A DNA stretch of 64,000 nucleotides, from the NCBI GenBank assembly GCA_963745075.1, contig CAVUWV010000028.1, positions 1 through 64,000 of the forward strand, read 5' to 3'. Source of the DNA: Candidatus Hydrogenedentota bacterium (GTDB taxonomy: Bacteria; Hydrogenedentota; Hydrogenedentia; Hydrogenedentales; SLHB01). This document shows positions 62,175 to 64,000 of this stretch, one piece after another. Position 1 is the stretch's first letter, and each line of letters opens with the position of its first letter. The position numbers were made by a program, and so were the translations under genes. The notes below the pieces were generated by a model. It did not search any database, had not been told where the DNA came from, and saw only the letters and a list, made by a program, of their open reading frames with translations.

Positions 62175-63260
62175 ATGGCACGGAAAAAGAAAAAGACGGC
62201 GAAAGTAGCGTTACGGGATGCATTGGTACTGGTCTCGCCAGGGACGCAACTGCGCGAAGCGATCTCGGCGATCCTGCAAAGCGGGAACGGCGCGTTGATC
62301 TGTATTGGCGAAACGAAGCGTCTGGCGGATTTGTCGGAAGCGGGCGTCGAAATCACCGCCGAGTATACGCCCCAGCTTCTCTATGAACTCGCGAAGATGG
62401 ATGGGGCTATTATTCTGAATGAAGATGCGAGTCGCATCGCGTATGCGAATCGGTTTTTGAAACCGGACAGTTCCATTGCTACGGACGAAACGGGAACGCG
62501 TCATCGGGCGGCCGAGCGCATCGCCAAGCAGGCCGGTTGTATCGTCGTGGCCGTGTCGGAACGGCGCTCGAGCGTGACGTTGTACGTGCAGGACGTGAAG
62601 CACGTGCTCGACACGATTCCTACGTTGTTGAACAAGGCTATGCAGGCGATCAACACGCTCGAGAAATACATTCACGTGCTGGACCAGGCCACGACCGATC
62701 TGAGTACGCGCGAATTTGAAGACGTCGTTACGATTTTCGATGTGTGCAAGGCGATTCAGCGTTGCGAAATGGTGGCGCGGATTGCGAAAGAAATCGAACC
62801 GTACATCGTGGAACTCGGTACGGAAGGCCGGCTCATTGCAATGCAGTTAAAGGAACTGGTCATCCCGTTGGAGGAAGCGGAACTGGTCGCTAAGGACTAT
62901 TACCGCGAGAAGGTCGGCCTCGCGTTTGAACAGGTCCAGCAGAAAATCGACGAGTTGACGCAGCAGGAGCTGCTCAACCTGGGCAGCATCAGTCAAGCCC
63001 TCGGATTTGGGCCGAATTTGAAGAGCATCGACACCTACCTGTCGCCACGCGGATACCGAATCTTAACGCAGACCCACCGGTTGACGCCGCAGATTATCGA
63101 CAATCTCGTGCTGAAGTTTGGGTCGCTGCAGGCAATTATGCGCGCGCCCAAAGAGGAGCTGTGCGAGGTGGAGGGCATCGGCGAGGTGCTCGCGGAACGT
63201 GTGCGGTTGAGTTTGAACAGCCTGCGCAGCCAGCTCGCCCTGGATCGCAGCCGACGGTAG
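62175..63260 (+). CDS. disA: DNA integrity scanning diadenylate cyclase DisA
   Basis: ELAKMDGAIIL, ETGTRHRAAER, SPRGYR, C-terminal HhH VEGIGE; directly after radA. Confidence 0.95.
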   Translation: MARKKKKTAKVALRDALVLVSPGTQLREAISAILQSGNGALICIGETKRLADLSEAGVEITAEYTPQLLYELAKMDGAIILNEDASRIAYANRFLKPDSSIATDETGTRHRAAERIAKQAGCIVVAVSERRSSVTLYVQDVKHVLDTIPTLLNKAMQAINTLEKYIHVLDQATTDLSTREFEDVVTIFDVCKAIQRCEMVARIAKEIEPYIVELGTEGRLIAMQLKELVIPLEEAELVAKDYYREKVGLAFEQVQQKIDELTQQELLNLGSISQALGFGPNLKSIDTYLSPRGYRILTQTHRLTPQIIDNLVLKFGSLQAIMRAPKEELCEVEGIGEVLAERVRLSLNSLRSQLALDRSRR

Positions 63261-63345
63261 GTTTCGCCCTACGAAGACTACGCGGGTGGGACGTTTGCGC
63301 TACATCTGCCGGAATCTGTCCGGCTTTCGGAGTTGTACCTGAGAT

Positions 63346-64000
63346 ATGCGTTTCTTGGTGGATTGTGAAGTGCTCGAACACCGGGAGGTTGCGCCGGAGC
63401 AATTCCGAATGGTGCTCCGTGCTCCTGAATTGGCCGGGACGGCGAAGACCGGGCAGTTTTGTATGCTGGAAGTCGCGGAGGGGCTGTACCCGTTTCTGCG
63501 GCGGCCCATGTGTTTCGAGCGGATCTTCGAAGACCGAATCTCCATTCTGTACAAGGTCGAAGGTGAAGGCACCGCGCTGTTGTCGAGGAAACAGCCCGGG
63601 CAGCGTGTCGGGGTTCAGGGGCCCTTGGGAAACGGGTTCCCGCTTGACGCGGATTTCGATCGGCACATCATCGTTGCGGGCGGGATCGGCGTGGCCACGT
63701 TTCCGAGCTTGGCGGACGCCCTTATCAAGGAATGCGGTGTGACGCCGGAGGTGATCCTCGCCGCGCGCAGCAAGCACCTCGTTCTGTGTGAGGACGAGTT
63801 TCGAGCAATGGGCTGTAAAGTCCATGTCGCCACGGACGACGGGTCGGCTGGCGAAAAGGCGTACGCATCCCAAATGCTCGAGGGCCTCTCCCCGGGTCCC
63901 GGAACGAGGGTCTATGCGTGCGGTCCCATGATCATGATGGAGACCACGTCCCAGGTCGCGGTCGATTCGGGGGCGAACTGCCTCGTGTCGCTGGAAGCCC
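63346..64000 (+). CDS. pyrK: Dihydroorotate dehydrogenase electron transfer subunit (runs off the window)
   Basis: Manual translation MRFLVDCEV...GQFCML...LRRPM...GPLGNGF...AGGIGVA...ATDDGS...YACGP...VSLEA. Confidence 0.88.
   Translation, partial: MRFLVDCEVLEHREVAPEQFRMVLRAPELAGTAKTGQFCMLEVAEGLYPFLRRPMCFERIFEDRISILYKVEGEGTALLSRKQPGQRVGVQGPLGNGFPLDADFDRHIIVAGGIGVATFPSLADALIKECGVTPEVILAARSKHLVLCEDEFRAMGCKVHVATDDGSAGEKAYASQMLEGLSPGPGTRVYACGPMIMMETTSQVAVDSGANCLVSLEA

Overview
GC-rich bacterial chromosome segment from a diderm, probably anaerobic or facultative organism (gene content is reminiscent of Candidatus Hydrogenedentota; this is inference only). Many genes, including ileS and radA, carry single-base indels, which suggests an imperfectly polished long-read assembly rather than mass pseudogenisation. 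Left to right: the tail of a transposase and its IS end truncating a CHAP amidase gene; a full-length IS21-family element (2550-5219) with a 5-bp target duplication, inserted into a REP-like palindrome; FAD oxidoreductase, glucuronokinase-like GHMP kinase, ECF sigma factor, DUF4091/GH123-like hydrolase and trkA; a divergent pair of large multiheme cytochrome c / cytochrome b fusions (11 and 19 CxxCH), each behind a sigma54-type -24/-12 motif; three toxin-antitoxin modules (one truncated); a degenerate XylR/V4R-type enhancer-binding protein at the end of a tkt-tal-HAD-gnd-zwf-DUF202 cluster that also has a sigma54 motif; ileS-dksA-lspA-lgt; a glycan-scavenging/3-ketoglycoside-type cluster; natAB with a CPBP fusion; lysA; radA-disA-pyrK. 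Several families of intergenic palindromic repeats occur, including a roughly 180-bp structured element present twice that overlaps stop codons. I saw no tRNA, rRNA or CRISPR array.
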